In this document: positions 27,510-36,075 of the stretch, one piece after another
Layout: every line of letters starts with the position of its first letter
How positions within the stretch are numbered: position 1 is the first letter of the stretch
Source of the DNA: a virus
Taxonomy: Duplodnaviria > Caudoviricetes
Reading direction: 5' to 3' (one strand)
DNA: 43,550 bases
IMG/VR virus record: IMGVR_UViG_3300010376_000018
Location: 1-43,550 of that record
Notes under the pieces: model-generated
Database searches by the model: none
Seen by the model: the letters and a program-made list of their open reading frames with translations, nothing else
Told to the model about the DNA's origin: nothing
Position numbers and translations under genes: made by a program

Positions 27510-27776
27510 TCAAGGTTTCTTACCTTGCGAGAATAGCCCATTTCCGTATCGGGCATCAAGCCACTCTTTACATGCCGGCCAGTACCGGCGACCGCCCCAA
27601 AACCCTTGTTTTTGCGGGAATCCTTGCCGGCGGTCGCCGTCCAGTGTGCGCAGCGCCTGCCGCGCGATTCGTGCCGGCACGCCCAACCGTTCGACAAGTT
27701 CGGCGTCGGTGACGAACAGGCCGGTGCGGTGCTTGCGGCCAGTTGGCGGGGTTGGCGGGGCGCTGTCGTCAGCCAT
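27510..27776 (-). CDS. Excisionase-like winged-helix protein
   Basis: TDAELVERLGV..GFP..GRRYWPACKEWLD directly upstream of int. Confidence 0.7.
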   Translation of the reverse strand: MADDSAPPTPPTGRKHRTGLFVTDAELVERLGVPARIARQALRTLDGDRRQGFPQKQGFWGGRRYWPACKEWLDARYGNGLFSQGKKP

Positions 27777-28563
27777 CCTTAACCTCGCCGGTTTCCTTGT
27801 CGTAATTCTCAAACTCGCGCATTTCGTTTTCGAGGTCGGCGCGCTTTTCGTTGAAGCGTTCGCGCAAGATGCCCTGCCAATCGCGCGGCAGCGTCTTGAG
27901 CCGTTCGTTGTTGCTTGAACCCCATTCGTCCAACGCCATCACAGATGCGGTGTTGTCGATTTCCTTCTGCATCTTCTCGTAAATGTCGCGGGCGTTTTTC
28001 TTGGGCAGCGCGTGGGTGTCCTCGACTGGCACATCGTCAATGATGATCTTGAATTGTTTGACGCAGAAAAACTTCTCGGCTTGCGTCGCGCATTTGGTGG
28101 CGGCCTTGTCATCGGTGACGCCCTTTTGGTCGCGCAAGCGGGCGATGCCGGTCCACGGCACCGGCGGCCACGTCTCGCCAGTCTCGGCGTTCATCCATGT
28201 CATTTCATAGACGATGGCGAGCACCGATCCCTTGTCGTTTTCCTCAAGCAGACTGCGCGACTGTTCGGCCTGGATCAGCACAAGATTGTTTTCGACCAGC
28301 AGCGGCGAAAGTTTTTCGTTGATGTCCTCCCACTTGGCATAGGCGTAATTCTGAAACGTGTTCTTGCCTTCCTTCTGTATCACGCCAACAGCTTGCGACA
28401 CTTTCAGGATCGCCTTGGCGATGCTGGCGGCATAGACCGGCGTGGCGCGGTTGCGCGGCGTCGGCGGCTTGCGGGTTTGTGTCGCCGGCAACTGCGGCGC
28501 GGGCGCCTCGCGTGGTACGTCAGTTTCGGTCGCAACCTTGTCGGCGGTCGCTGTGTCAGCCAT
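27769..28563 (-). CDS. erf: ERF-family ssDNA annealing protein
   Basis: IQKEGKNTFQNYAYA..EDI..DDKAATKCATQAEK. Confidence 0.85.
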   Translation of the reverse strand: MADTATADKVATETDVPREAPAPQLPATQTRKPPTPRNRATPVYAASIAKAILKVSQAVGVIQKEGKNTFQNYAYAKWEDINEKLSPLLVENNLVLIQAEQSRSLLEENDKGSVLAIVYEMTWMNAETGETWPPVPWTGIARLRDQKGVTDDKAATKCATQAEKFFCVKQFKIIIDDVPVEDTHALPKKNARDIYEKMQKEIDNTASVMALDEWGSSNNERLKTLPRDWQGILRERFNEKRADLENEMREFENYDKETGEVKDG

Positions 28564-28750
28564 GGCGCTTCTCCTCCTCGACCGCGATTTCGTAGTCGTG
28601 AATCATCGCCTCTATGCAGGCGATCTCATGCACCATCCGCCCGGCCGACATTTTGCCGCTGGCGCGGTAGTGCGGATAGACCCGCTTGCGGAACGCGAGT
28701 TCGCGCTTGGCGCAGTTAAGCTTGTCCTTGGCGGTGATGATGTCGGTCAT
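28556..28750 (-). CDS. Conserved phage hypothetical protein
   Basis: CAKRELAFRKRVYP..GKM..EIA. Confidence 0.8.
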   Translation of the reverse strand: MTDIITAKDKLNCAKRELAFRKRVYPHYRASGKMSAGRMVHEIACIEAMIHDYEIAVEEEKRHG

Positions 28751-28905
28751 TCTGGGTTCCGCAGATTTTTCCACTTCCGCATGATGGACTTTGCCCAGCG
28801 CAGCCATTCGATAATGTCGTCAATGTCGCATTCGTTTTCGACATCGAACCAAAGTTCAACCTCGGTGTGCCCGTCGCCATGCGAGTCGATTTTGAGCATT
28901 TTCAT
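28747..28905 (-). CDS. 52-aa hypothetical protein
   Basis: MKMLKIDSHGDG...; ATGA overlaps at both ends; not in ORF track. Confidence 0.65.
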   Translation of the reverse strand: MKMLKIDSHGDGHTEVELWFDVENECDIDDIIEWLRWAKSIMRKWKNLRNPE

Positions 28906-29123
28906 CCGCCGCCTCGCGTCCAATCGTCATAGTCGCGCTCGGTCATGCCGAGTTCCTCGCGATAGCGATCATGATCGAATTGATGGGTCGCCGCCGTGTC
29001 GGCGGCCAGCGCGGCGCTCAGATCGGTTGCGTCGATGTACAGGTCAGGGTGTGCAGCCGCCAAGGCGTCGCGTTCGTCCCTGGTCGCTGCGATCCACCAG
29101 CCCAAGGGAACGCGGAAACCCAT
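28902..29123 (-). CDS. Hypothetical protein, first leftward early gene
   Basis: AGGAGG RBS, MGFRVPLG. Confidence 0.7.
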   Translation of the reverse strand: MGFRVPLGWWIAATRDERDALAAAHPDLYIDATDLSAALAADTAATHQFDHDRYREELGMTERDYDDWTRGGG

Positions 29124-29152
29124 AAAACCTCCTACACGGGGTAGGAGGCTAC

Positions 29153-29190
29153 TCAAGCCGTCATTGAGTCAGTGGTCAAGCCCGGCTTGA
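29153..29190. promoter_or_regulatory. OL-like operator pair
   Basis: TCAAGCCGTCATTGA (29153-67) and TCAAGCCCGGCTTGA (29176-90). Confidence 0.75.
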
Positions 29191-29541
29191 GGCGCGGGGC
29201 GCCTTCTTGCCGGATCGGATCGCCGTGCCGTTCAACTTCGGGCGGCCCATCCTAATCCGCACGCGGGGCCGTGGGGCGGCCATTCCGTCTTGGCTGTCAT
29301 CATGGGCAACGCGCGGATCGTGCTCACCAGGGCAGTCGCCAGCCCCGGTATGCAGCCACGCAAACGTGATCCGCAGCGCGCGGCGGATCATCACGTACTT
29401 GTCGGGCTCCGGTTCGCCGTTGCCGCGTTCCCATTCGCTGATGGCCTGCGGGGTAATGTGCAGTTGATCGCCCAGCCACTTTTGCGTGGCGTGAGTTCCA
29501 AGCCTTGTTCGCGCAATGCGAATGCGTTCGCCAATTCTCAT
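29176..29541 (-). CDS. cI: CI-like XRE repressor, no S24 peptidase domain
   Basis: IGERIRIAR..TQKWLGDQLHITPQAISEWERG..WLHTG; divergent from cro. Confidence 0.85.
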   Translation of the reverse strand: MRIGERIRIARTRLGTHATQKWLGDQLHITPQAISEWERGNGEPEPDKYVMIRRALRITFAWLHTGAGDCPGEHDPRVAHDDSQDGMAAPRPRVRIRMGRPKLNGTAIRSGKKAPRASSRA

Positions 29542-29551
29542 GTGGGTAGTA

Positions 29552-29613
29552 TAAACCTCGGCTTGATGAAGGCAAGGGCCGTCAAGTTGACCAGTGACTA
29601 AAGGGGTGCTTGA
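29552..29613. promoter_or_regulatory. OR-like operators between cI and cro
   Basis: TAAACCTCGGCTTGA (29552-66), TAAAGGGGTGCTTGA (29599-613). Confidence 0.7.
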
Positions 29614-29623
29614 GTCGGGCGCC

Positions 29624-29836
29624 ATGGTAGTCCGGTTGACCCGCAAAGGCCGCGTGGCCGCTTTGAAGCGCGCGATTATTGCTGTAGGCGGCCCATCGGC
29701 GCTCGCCGAGTTTCTCGGGCTATCGGTGCAAGCTGTGTCGCAGTGGAATGAGGTTCCGCCTTTGCGCGTCCTCGACGTGGAAAAGGCGACCGGTGTTCCG
29801 CGCACGGAACTGCGGCCGGACCTGTACCCGGACTGA
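29624..29836 (+). CDS. cro: Cro/YdaS-like repressor
   Basis: GGPSALAEFLGLSVQAVSQW..VEKATGV..LRPDLY. Confidence 0.9.
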   Translation: MVVRLTRKGRVAALKRAIIAVGGPSALAEFLGLSVQAVSQWNEVPPLRVLDVEKATGVPRTELRPDLYPD

Positions 29837-29907
29837 GGGAAACAAACTACTTCGCCCATCGGTCAACCCCGTTGTGCTGTCGGCGCGCTGTGTCGGATGG
29901 CGGACAT

Positions 29908-29922
29908 TAAAGCGAAGCTTGA
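29908..29922. promoter_or_regulatory. Operator overlapping a TTGACA -35
   Basis: TAAAGCGAAGCTTGA. Confidence 0.6.
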
Positions 29923-29992
29923 CAGTTCCGTGAAGCGGGATTGACGCAAATGTGATTGGCGCGCGGAACCGGGGCGGGAGGATCGGGGCACG

Positions 29993-30298
29993 ATGAAGCC
30001 GCTGGATAAATGCCCGCACTGTGGTCAGCCGATGCGAATGCGTTGCGGCGTTCGCCTGCGCCGCACCGAAATCGAAATCTTCGATGTGATTGCGCGACAC
30101 CCTGGCGGCGTCGACATGGAAACGCTTATCGCTGCGGTCTATCCCGGCAAGCCACGACAAAAAGCGTGCAACGTTGTTCACACTCACATCTGCAACATCA
30201 ATGATCGGCTGGTCGAAACCGACTACCGCATCCGCCGTAAGCCCCGCATCACCGGACGGTTTTATTTGGTCACCGAACTGACGCGGGCGGTCGCATGA
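29993..30298 (+). CDS. CxxC + OmpR-like winged-helix protein
   Basis: CPHCG; EIFDVI..VHTHICNINDRL. Confidence 0.75.
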   Translation: MKPLDKCPHCGQPMRMRCGVRLRRTEIEIFDVIARHPGGVDMETLIAAVYPGKPRQKACNVVHTHICNINDRLVETDYRIRRKPRITGRFYLVTELTRAVA

Positions 30299-30840
30299 GT
30301 TTGGTCATCACCGCAGCATTACGCGAGTTGATGGCGGCCGGCGTGACCGGTGATGACCTTATCGCTGCGGTTGAACGGATCGAACGGGCCATTGTTCCAC
30401 AACAAACACCCGGCGCGCAACGTCAGGAGCGTTATCGCGACCGCAAGCGTCACAAAGCGTCACAAAGCGTCACAAGTGACGCCCCGGAACCGGAACCCAA
30501 GCGCAAGCGCCGACAATCACTGCCGGTTGAATTGACCCCGGAGTTCATGCCGGACCTGAGCTATGCGACCGGCTTGGGCTGGTCGATGGATCGGGCGCAG
30601 GCGGAGGCGCAGCGGTTCCTCGACCACGCCGAAGCGCACGGCGCTAAATACTGCGGGGCGCGCGGCTGGCGCGCGGCATGGCGCAATTGGTGTACGTCGC
30701 CGTACCAAAAAAACGGAGGCCGGCATGGCAAGCCTCAAACCCTTGGCGAGCGCGCCCGCGAGCTTGCGCAACAAGCCCGCGACGCGGAACAGCGTGCAAC
30801 AGATTTTGGCGGAGAGGATGGCAATTTCGGAAGCCATTGA
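30295..30840 (+). CDS. Replication initiator (lambda O/DnaT-like)
   Basis: RQERYRDRKR, internal iterons, C-terminal F.DH..WRAAWRNW. Confidence 0.75.
   Translation: MSLVITAALRELMAAGVTGDDLIAAVERIERAIVPQQTPGAQRQERYRDRKRHKASQSVTSDAPEPEPKRKRRQSLPVELTPEFMPDLSYATGLGWSMDRAQAEAQRFLDHAEAHGAKYCGARGWRAAWRNWCTSPYQKNGGRHGKPQTLGERARELAQQARDAEQRATDFGGEDGNFGSH
30445..30482. repeat. Iterons / replication origin inside initiator gene
   Basis: AAGCGTCACA x3 followed by inverted GTGACGC. Confidence 0.75.
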
Positions 30841-31285
30841 AGCGGCCGGCGCGATTGTTGATCGCTTCCCCAACGGCGGCTACCGCGCGGGCGATGGCTA
30901 CATCGGCTCGCTGGCCTCGACGCTGATGAGCTTCCCGCGCTCGGTCGCGCAACGCTGTGCCGACTTCCCGATCCGGCCCGGCGCTCCGCTGCAAGGCATC
31001 TGCAAGACCGCAAAATTTTTACCCGTGCCCGCCGACTTGATCGAATGGTGCGAGCGCGAGGCAGCGTCGCTGCATGACGATGCCGCGCGGCAGGCTCGCA
31101 TCGCCGCAGCGCAGACGTTGCGCGATGCCGGCGGCGAGGGGTCGCGTCTGTCATACGCCGAACTGAAACAAAAATATCCGTGGCCCGAACCGGCCGCACA
31201 GGCGCCGCGCGGTTTGTCGACCGACGATCTTATCAAAATCTGCGGCGCCGAAGCATGGGCGAAGATTCCCGATGCCAAAGTTTGA
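30818..31285 (+). CDS. Helicase loader/inhibitor-like protein
   Basis: GGAGAGG RBS; follows initiator; KFLPVPADL motif. Confidence 0.6.
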   Translation: MAISEAIEAAGAIVDRFPNGGYRAGDGYIGSLASTLMSFPRSVAQRCADFPIRPGAPLQGICKTAKFLPVPADLIEWCEREAASLHDDAARQARIAAAQTLRDAGGEGSRLSYAELKQKYPWPEPAAQAPRGLSTDDLIKICGAEAWAKIPDAKV

Positions 31286-31329
31286 CGCCTTCACCCGCCG
31301 CGCACTGCGGCCCAACGAGGAGCTTTACC

Positions 31330-31539
31330 ATGGCAAGAGCGAAGCCAAAGACCAAGGCCGGCAAGAAAGCCAAGATGGAAAAGACCATGAGCGAATACAA
31401 GGAAGGCGACCTGAAAATCGGCAAGAGCGACAAGCCGGTGAAGTCGCGGGCGCAGGCCATCGCCATCGGCCTTAATCAGTCCGGTCAATCCCGCAAAACC
31501 AAAGCCCGCGACAAGCGGCTGGAAAGCGCCAAGCTGTGA
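31330..31539 (+). CDS. DUF6496-like small basic protein
   Basis: GAGGAG RBS; KMEKTMSEYKEGDLKIG..VKSRAQAIAIGL. Confidence 0.8.
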   Translation: MARAKPKTKAGKKAKMEKTMSEYKEGDLKIGKSDKPVKSRAQAIAIGLNQSGQSRKTKARDKRLESAKL

Positions 31540-31859
31540 ACGAAAAAGTCTACGACCCGCAGCGCGACAACGCAGAGCGCGCCGCCGCGCCGCCATTGCG
31601 CGCGGCACCGCCAAAGGGCGCGACCAAGCCGACACCGCATGACGCACCGGGGGCGCCGGCCGAACCGCAGGCCAAGCCCGAACACTGGCCCGAACCGACA
31701 TCGCAAAGCAGCGCACAGCTACGCGAGGCGTTGCGGCAGTCGGTTGCGTTGGTCAATCCCGATCCACTCGACGCCATCCGCGACATCGCCGACGTGTTGC
31801 GGCCGTTCGACGCCGATACCCGGCGCAAGATCATCGAAACCTTGGCGGACCTGACGTAG
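31536..31859 (+). CDS. Hypothetical protein
   Basis: 107 aa, coupled. Confidence 0.65.
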   Translation: MNEKVYDPQRDNAERAAAPPLRAAPPKGATKPTPHDAPGAPAEPQAKPEHWPEPTSQSSAQLREALRQSVALVNPDPLDAIRDIADVLRPFDADTRRKIIETLADLT

Positions 31860-32378
31860 TTGCGTATCACGCTACAAAGCGACCATATTGCATTTGCTGA
31901 TGCGGTTGCGCGGCGGCGGCAAGCCGATGCGGTTGGGCGCGGCTACAAGGAAGCCAACAACGCGCCGACTGATTATGAGAAAGCCTTGGCGCTGCACATT
32001 CAGGGCGCGCGTTGCGAATGTGCCGCTTACCTTTGTTACAGACCGGTCGGTTGGAATCTTTATCAGTCCGCCAAGCCGGACCTGGGCGGCTTCATCGACG
32101 TGAAGGGCATCGAAAGCGCACACCATTGTCTTGTCGTACAAAAGGCCAAGCTGCGCACGGATCGCGCTTACCTATTGGTGCTGGCGGACCCGCATCCCAG
32201 CTACGTGCTGTTGGGTTGGGAATGGGGCGGCAGTTGCACGCGGCAAAAATACTGGCGCGATCCGGTTGGCAATCGCCCGGCGTTTTTTGTTCCGCAGAAT
32301 GATACTCTGTTCCATCGCGATCCGCGCGACTTGTTGGACATTCTGCGCTATCGCCAGCAACACAAGGAGTCTGCATGA
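31860..32378 (+). CDS. PD-(D/E)xK nuclease-like protein
   Basis: GARCE..KPDLGGFIDVK. Confidence 0.6.
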   Translation: MRITLQSDHIAFADAVARRRQADAVGRGYKEANNAPTDYEKALALHIQGARCECAAYLCYRPVGWNLYQSAKPDLGGFIDVKGIESAHHCLVVQKAKLRTDRAYLLVLADPHPSYVLLGWEWGGSCTRQKYWRDPVGNRPAFFVPQNDTLFHRDPRDLLDILRYRQQHKESA

Positions 32379-32587
32379 AACTCGCCCGCCTGTTCTACTC
32401 GCTGACCCCGGAAAAGTGGATCGACTTCCCGATTGCCGAAGGCAATACCTTTGCCAATTTCATGTTGCAGGTCCGCACTCAGGGATTTTGCCTCGACGGC
32501 ACCCTCAACGCCTATATACCGGCCGCCGAAATCAAATGCGCGTTCCAGCTTGAAGCCGAGACGGTCACGGGGATGACCAAGCAATAG
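32375..32587 (+). CDS. Hypothetical protein
   Basis: AAGGAG RBS, 70 aa. Confidence 0.75.
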   Translation: MKLARLFYSLTPEKWIDFPIAEGNTFANFMLQVRTQGFCLDGTLNAYIPAAEIKCAFQLEAETVTGMTKQ

Positions 32588-32641
32588 CGGAATCGCCCGC
32601 CGGTTTGCGGATTTTTGCAAATTTTGGCGCGTCAATCGCGA

Positions 32642-32899
32642 TCACAGTCGATGCAGAAAGTCATCGGCCAGCGCGCGGGCGGCGGCGGCTGGATCGGCCG
32701 CGTCGCCTTGGATGTACAGCGCCACGAACTCCGCCGCGTCCGCCAGGGCGGCGCGTTCGATCTCCTCACCTGTGGGCCCGCCATCGTCCGCGCCCTGGTG
32801 CGCCGCATAGGCCGCGTCATAGGCCGGATGTTCGTGGTTGAAATACAAATCCGACAACAAGCCGCCTGATACGCACAGGCAAAGATCAGCAAGCCGCAT
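32642..32899 (-). CDS. Acidic hypothetical protein
   Basis: AAAGGGA RBS, MRLADLCL. Confidence 0.65.
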   Translation of the reverse strand: MRLADLCLCVSGGLLSDLYFNHEHPAYDAAYAAHQGADDGGPTGEEIERAALADAAEFVALYIQGDAADPAAAARALADDFLHRL

Positions 32900-33011
32900 G
32901 GCGCAGGTCCCTTTCGCTGGTGGCGGACGATGCTGCACCAGGGCGCCGCCCAAATGCAAACGGGCCCCACTGTGGGGCCCGTTGTCGTGGTCGCTGGTGC
33001 GTCGTCACAGG

Positions 33012-33146
33012 CTACCGCCTGTGACGATGCCGGCGCCGTTCCGGGCCCACCAGCAGCCCCGCCGTGACTGCCAGCACGCAAGCCAGCAGGAACAGGCAGG
33101 CGGTATAGACCCAGCGGCGCGGCGCGCGTGGTGTACCGCGCATCAT
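33012..33146 (-). CDS. 44-aa single-TM peptide
   Basis: MMRGTPRAPRRWVYTACLFLLACVLAVTAGLLVG..., ATGA-coupled. Confidence 0.45.
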   Translation of the reverse strand: MMRGTPRAPRRWVYTACLFLLACVLAVTAGLLVGPERRRHRHRR

Positions 33147-33352
33147 GCCGCACCCGTGAGCCGCAGCAGGCCCTTGCGATGGCAGGCCACAATAAGCCGC
33201 AACAGCTTGGCTACCGGTTCCGGGACCTCCCGCTGGCCGTCCGCATAGTGATAAGTTGAGCGAAGGCAAAGGCCCAGCAAATCGGCCGCTGCCTTGGATC
33301 GCGGGTTCATTTTCAGATCATCGAAAAGCTTGTTGTACTCTTTCGCTTTCAT
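33143..33352 (-). CDS. Small HTH protein
   Basis: AAADLLGLCLRSTYHYADGQREVPEPVAKLLRL. Confidence 0.8.
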   Translation of the reverse strand: MKAKEYNKLFDDLKMNPRSKAAADLLGLCLRSTYHYADGQREVPEPVAKLLRLIVACHRKGLLRLTGAA

Positions 33353-33423
33353 TGTCGCTTCCATTCGTTGTCGCGTTGATGCTGGCTGGCTTGGTTCCTT
33401 GGTCGGCATTGCCGACAACGATA

Positions 33424-33453
33424 GGGCCCCGGAGGCAGCAGACTCCGGGGCCC
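33424..33453. terminator. GC hairpin with CAGCAG loop, possibly bidirectional terminator
   Basis: GGGCCCCGGAG-GCAGCAGA-CTCCGGGGCCC. Confidence 0.65.
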
Positions 33454-33461
33454 GCCTGTTT

Positions 33462-33896
33462 TCACGCGGCATCGGTTTTGAAGTGAGCCGCCATGGCCTG
33501 CCGCAGTTCGGCAATGTCGCGCGCAAAGTTGCGCTCCGCCTGAGCGATGCCCGCAACCGTCACCGCGTGTGCGTCGGTTTCACCAAGCGCCGCCCACATC
33601 GCCTTGGTAGCTTGGTGACGGGTGCGGAAAGCCTGTTCCAGTTCGGGACGTTGCAGGCAGGTCCCGAACACATCAAAGATCGCAAAACGAAAGCCACGCC
33701 GCGTGTTCTCAAAGTTGAGCGAGTCGGACGTGACAACAGCAAACAATAAGCCGCCATCCGTCACGTGTGACGACATCACGCGCGACTTGTGAAACCGCAG
33801 CGTATCAGCATCAACAAAGTGCGTGCGCCACGAAAGATTGCGTTGCGCGTTTAGCGTCGCGTCGCTCGCCTCGTCGCGGTACAGTTCGATTTTCAT
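33462..33896 (-). CDS. Early-region hypothetical protein
   Basis: AAAGGA RBS; THFVDADTLRFHKSRV. Confidence 0.8.
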   Translation of the reverse strand: MKIELYRDEASDATLNAQRNLSWRTHFVDADTLRFHKSRVMSSHVTDGGLLFAVVTSDSLNFENTRRGFRFAIFDVFGTCLQRPELEQAFRTRHQATKAMWAALGETDAHAVTVAGIAQAERNFARDIAELRQAMAAHFKTDAA

Positions 33897-33987
33897 TTTC
33901 GGTTCCTTTGTGTTGTGGCCCAGCAGGGCCGGTTTAGTTCACTGTGGCAAATTGCCCAAACGCGCCGCATTCGCGCGGCGCAATGAG

Positions 33988-34218
33988 TCACTGTCCAATG
34001 CTCTGCATGATGTCGCTGTAATCAGCGAAACGGTCCTCGACGGCATCAACAAAAAAACCGTCGGGGCCCATGGTGTTGTCACGGAAGGCTTGCGCGTCAT
34101 CATCCTGAAACCACGCCGATTTGCGCGACATGGTATCGACCAAGCTGTACGCCCAGCCGTTGCCGTATGACGTGACTTGCCAACCATGACGGTCATAGAT
34201 TTTGACAAACGATGGCAT
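33988..34218 (-). CDS. Early-region hypothetical protein
   Basis: GGAGGA RBS; VTSYGNGWAY..WFQDDDA. Confidence 0.75.
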   Translation of the reverse strand: MPSFVKIYDRHGWQVTSYGNGWAYSLVDTMSRKSAWFQDDDAQAFRDNTMGPDGFFVDAVEDRFADYSDIMQSIGQ

Positions 34219-34221
34219 GGC

Positions 34222-34533
34222 TTATTCCTCCTCCGTTTGCTGGTCGCAGAGATCGCCGCAAGCCAACCACAGCACGCGGCGCAGATTTTGGTCATGGTCG
34301 GCAAGTTCATCACCATCCCATGCGCCATACTCTTTCAATTCCTCACATAGCCGCCACGAGTCGATACGAGCCAATTGTTCGGCGATGTACGGCACGCAGC
34401 ACAGCGATTCTACATCATCATCGCAAGCGCCCTGGTGGTAACCGCAGTGGGCGTCATCCATGGTGATGGCAAGTTCAATGCGGCCACTGCCCGTCGACCA
34501 CCATTGCGCATTGGTTGGGATTTGCGCGGCCAT
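34222..34533 (-). CDS. Early-region acidic protein
   Basis: HQGACDDDV..ELKEYGAWD..VLWLAC. Confidence 0.8.
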   Translation of the reverse strand: MAAQIPTNAQWWSTGSGRIELAITMDDAHCGYHQGACDDDVESLCCVPYIAEQLARIDSWRLCEELKEYGAWDGDELADHDQNLRRVLWLACGDLCDQQTEEE

Positions 34534-34887
34534 CTATTCGCCCTCCTCGTTGTCGCTGAAATCGTCCGCCGCGTTGTCGCGAGCATCCTGCAAGGCCGCC
34601 GCTGCCGACTCGAACGGGCCGTAGGCATCGGAGTCGGGCATACAGCCGGGAAAGCAGTACCAATAAAACCATCCGCCCGTGATGTTGTTTTCAGCGATCA
34701 TCGCATCAAACATCTGTTCGCGGACTCGGCTGTTCATTGGTGCCAAGCGGTATTCGTGGCGCTTGATGTATTCGTAAATCAGGTCCTCATCACGTTCGGC
34801 TACTTCGGACGCGGTGAGGTGGAAAATTTCCAGATCGGGCAACGCGTGCGGGTCATGTTTGCGCTTGGGATTTGAGTAGGCTTGCAT
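34534..34887 (-). CDS. Early-region hypothetical protein
   Basis: GWFYWYCFPGCMPDSDAYGPFES. Confidence 0.8.
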   Translation of the reverse strand: MQAYSNPKRKHDPHALPDLEIFHLTASEVAERDEDLIYEYIKRHEYRLAPMNSRVREQMFDAMIAENNITGGWFYWYCFPGCMPDSDAYGPFESAAAALQDARDNAADDFSDNEEGE

Positions 34888-34929
34888 GGTATCGGTTCCT
34901 TTGTTTGTTTGATGTCCCAGCAGGGACGG

Positions 34930-35181
34930 TTAGATCGTGAACGCGTTTTGATAGGCGGTGAACGCAGCGGCAAGCTGTTTCAGCTTGGCTTCATACATCC
35001 GCTTTTCGATTGGATCGCTGGTGTTGCGGATGGCCCGATCTATCTGACCTTCAATCGCGCCGATAACAATCATAACCGGATCGCAGATATTGTGCGGCAG
35101 CATCGGACGCGACTCGCGCATCTGTTCACAGAGTCCGATAAATCGCAGCGCGAAAGTGTCGTGATTTGTTTGTTTGGTCAT
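34930..35181 (-). CDS. Early-region hypothetical protein
   Basis: AAAGGA RBS, 83 aa. Confidence 0.7.
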   Translation of the reverse strand: MTKQTNHDTFALRFIGLCEQMRESRPMLPHNICDPVMIVIGAIEGQIDRAIRNTSDPIEKRMYEAKLKQLAAAFTAYQNAFTI

Positions 35182-35205
35182 TTGGTGTTCCTTTGTTTGA
35201 TGTGA

Positions 35206-35442
35206 TTACAGCGCGGCGATGCGCGCCTTGTGTTCGGCGATTTCAGCAGGAGTCGCCAAACGTGTTTCGATGATGCGGAAAAAGTTGCGGCGCTGCGGCG
35301 GGATATGCCGCCGCACTGTTTCCCATGCGTCCGCTTCGGTGTGCAGAAACAGAATACGCGTGATGTCGGCGCCAGTCAGGATACAGCGGTATTTGATGCT
35401 GTAGCCTTTGCGGCGCGGCTTGGTGACGATGGTGGTTATCAT
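35206..35442 (-). CDS. Early-region hypothetical protein
   Basis: AAAGGAACC RBS, MITTIVTK. Confidence 0.65.
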   Translation of the reverse strand: MITTIVTKPRRKGYSIKYRCILTGADITRILFLHTEADAWETVRRHIPPQRRNFFRIIETRLATPAEIAEHKARIAAL

Positions 35443-35489
35443 TGCTGGTTCCTTTCGGTTGCGCGGCAGCAGCGCCGCAGCCCCATTTA

Positions 35490-36075
35490 TTGCACGTTGT
35501 GCAAGCGGAACCAAGCGTTATTTGCACGTTGTGCAAGCCACCAGGGGGCAATGGTTACAAATGCAATTACCGTAACAAAGCGTCACAAAGCGTCACGCGT
35601 TACGGTTAGCGCCGCGCCGCGTGTCACAGAGGTTAACGCGTTGATATTGCTAAAGAAGTCAAAACCTCAAGAAAGCGTGTCAAGAGGGAAAATGCACGGA
35701 ACCGAAAGTTTGTTTGGCAATGAAAACAAAGGGCCATCGCACCAGGGTTTTTGCTGCGACGCGATGCAACCGAAACCCTGTGGTATGCTCAATCCTTCAC
35801 TGACATGGCGCAAGCTGTCAGTCACTTGCTGATCTCTCCGCCTTTTCCCGCCATTGCACATTGTGCAACACAAACCTATCGCGCCGCCGAGCACGCCGAA
35901 GGCAGCGCAGGCGGGTGCAGAGCCTTTCGGCTTGGTCATTCCGTCTCGCCATCTCGCGATGTGTCGGCGACTCTGCCTGCGGCAGACTCTTGCTGCGCTT
36001 TCATTGCACGGCGTGCGGCGGCGTGTTTTCGGCGCATAATCCAAGCTCGTTTAAGATTGTTTGCACTCCGTGCAA
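35490..36075. repeat. Four copies of palindrome TTGCAC-N3-GTGCAA
   Basis: 35490-504, 35522-536, 35854-868, 36061-075. Confidence 0.8.
35571..35604. repeat. Second iteron cluster
   Basis: CGTAACAAAG CGTCACAAAG CGTCACGCGTTACG, same unit as 30445. Confidence 0.7.

Noticed and set aside
28902-28915. Second protein ending in GGG (WTRGGG) as ligase substrate
   Set aside because: Early non-structural gene; terminal codons double as the RBS for the coupled next gene
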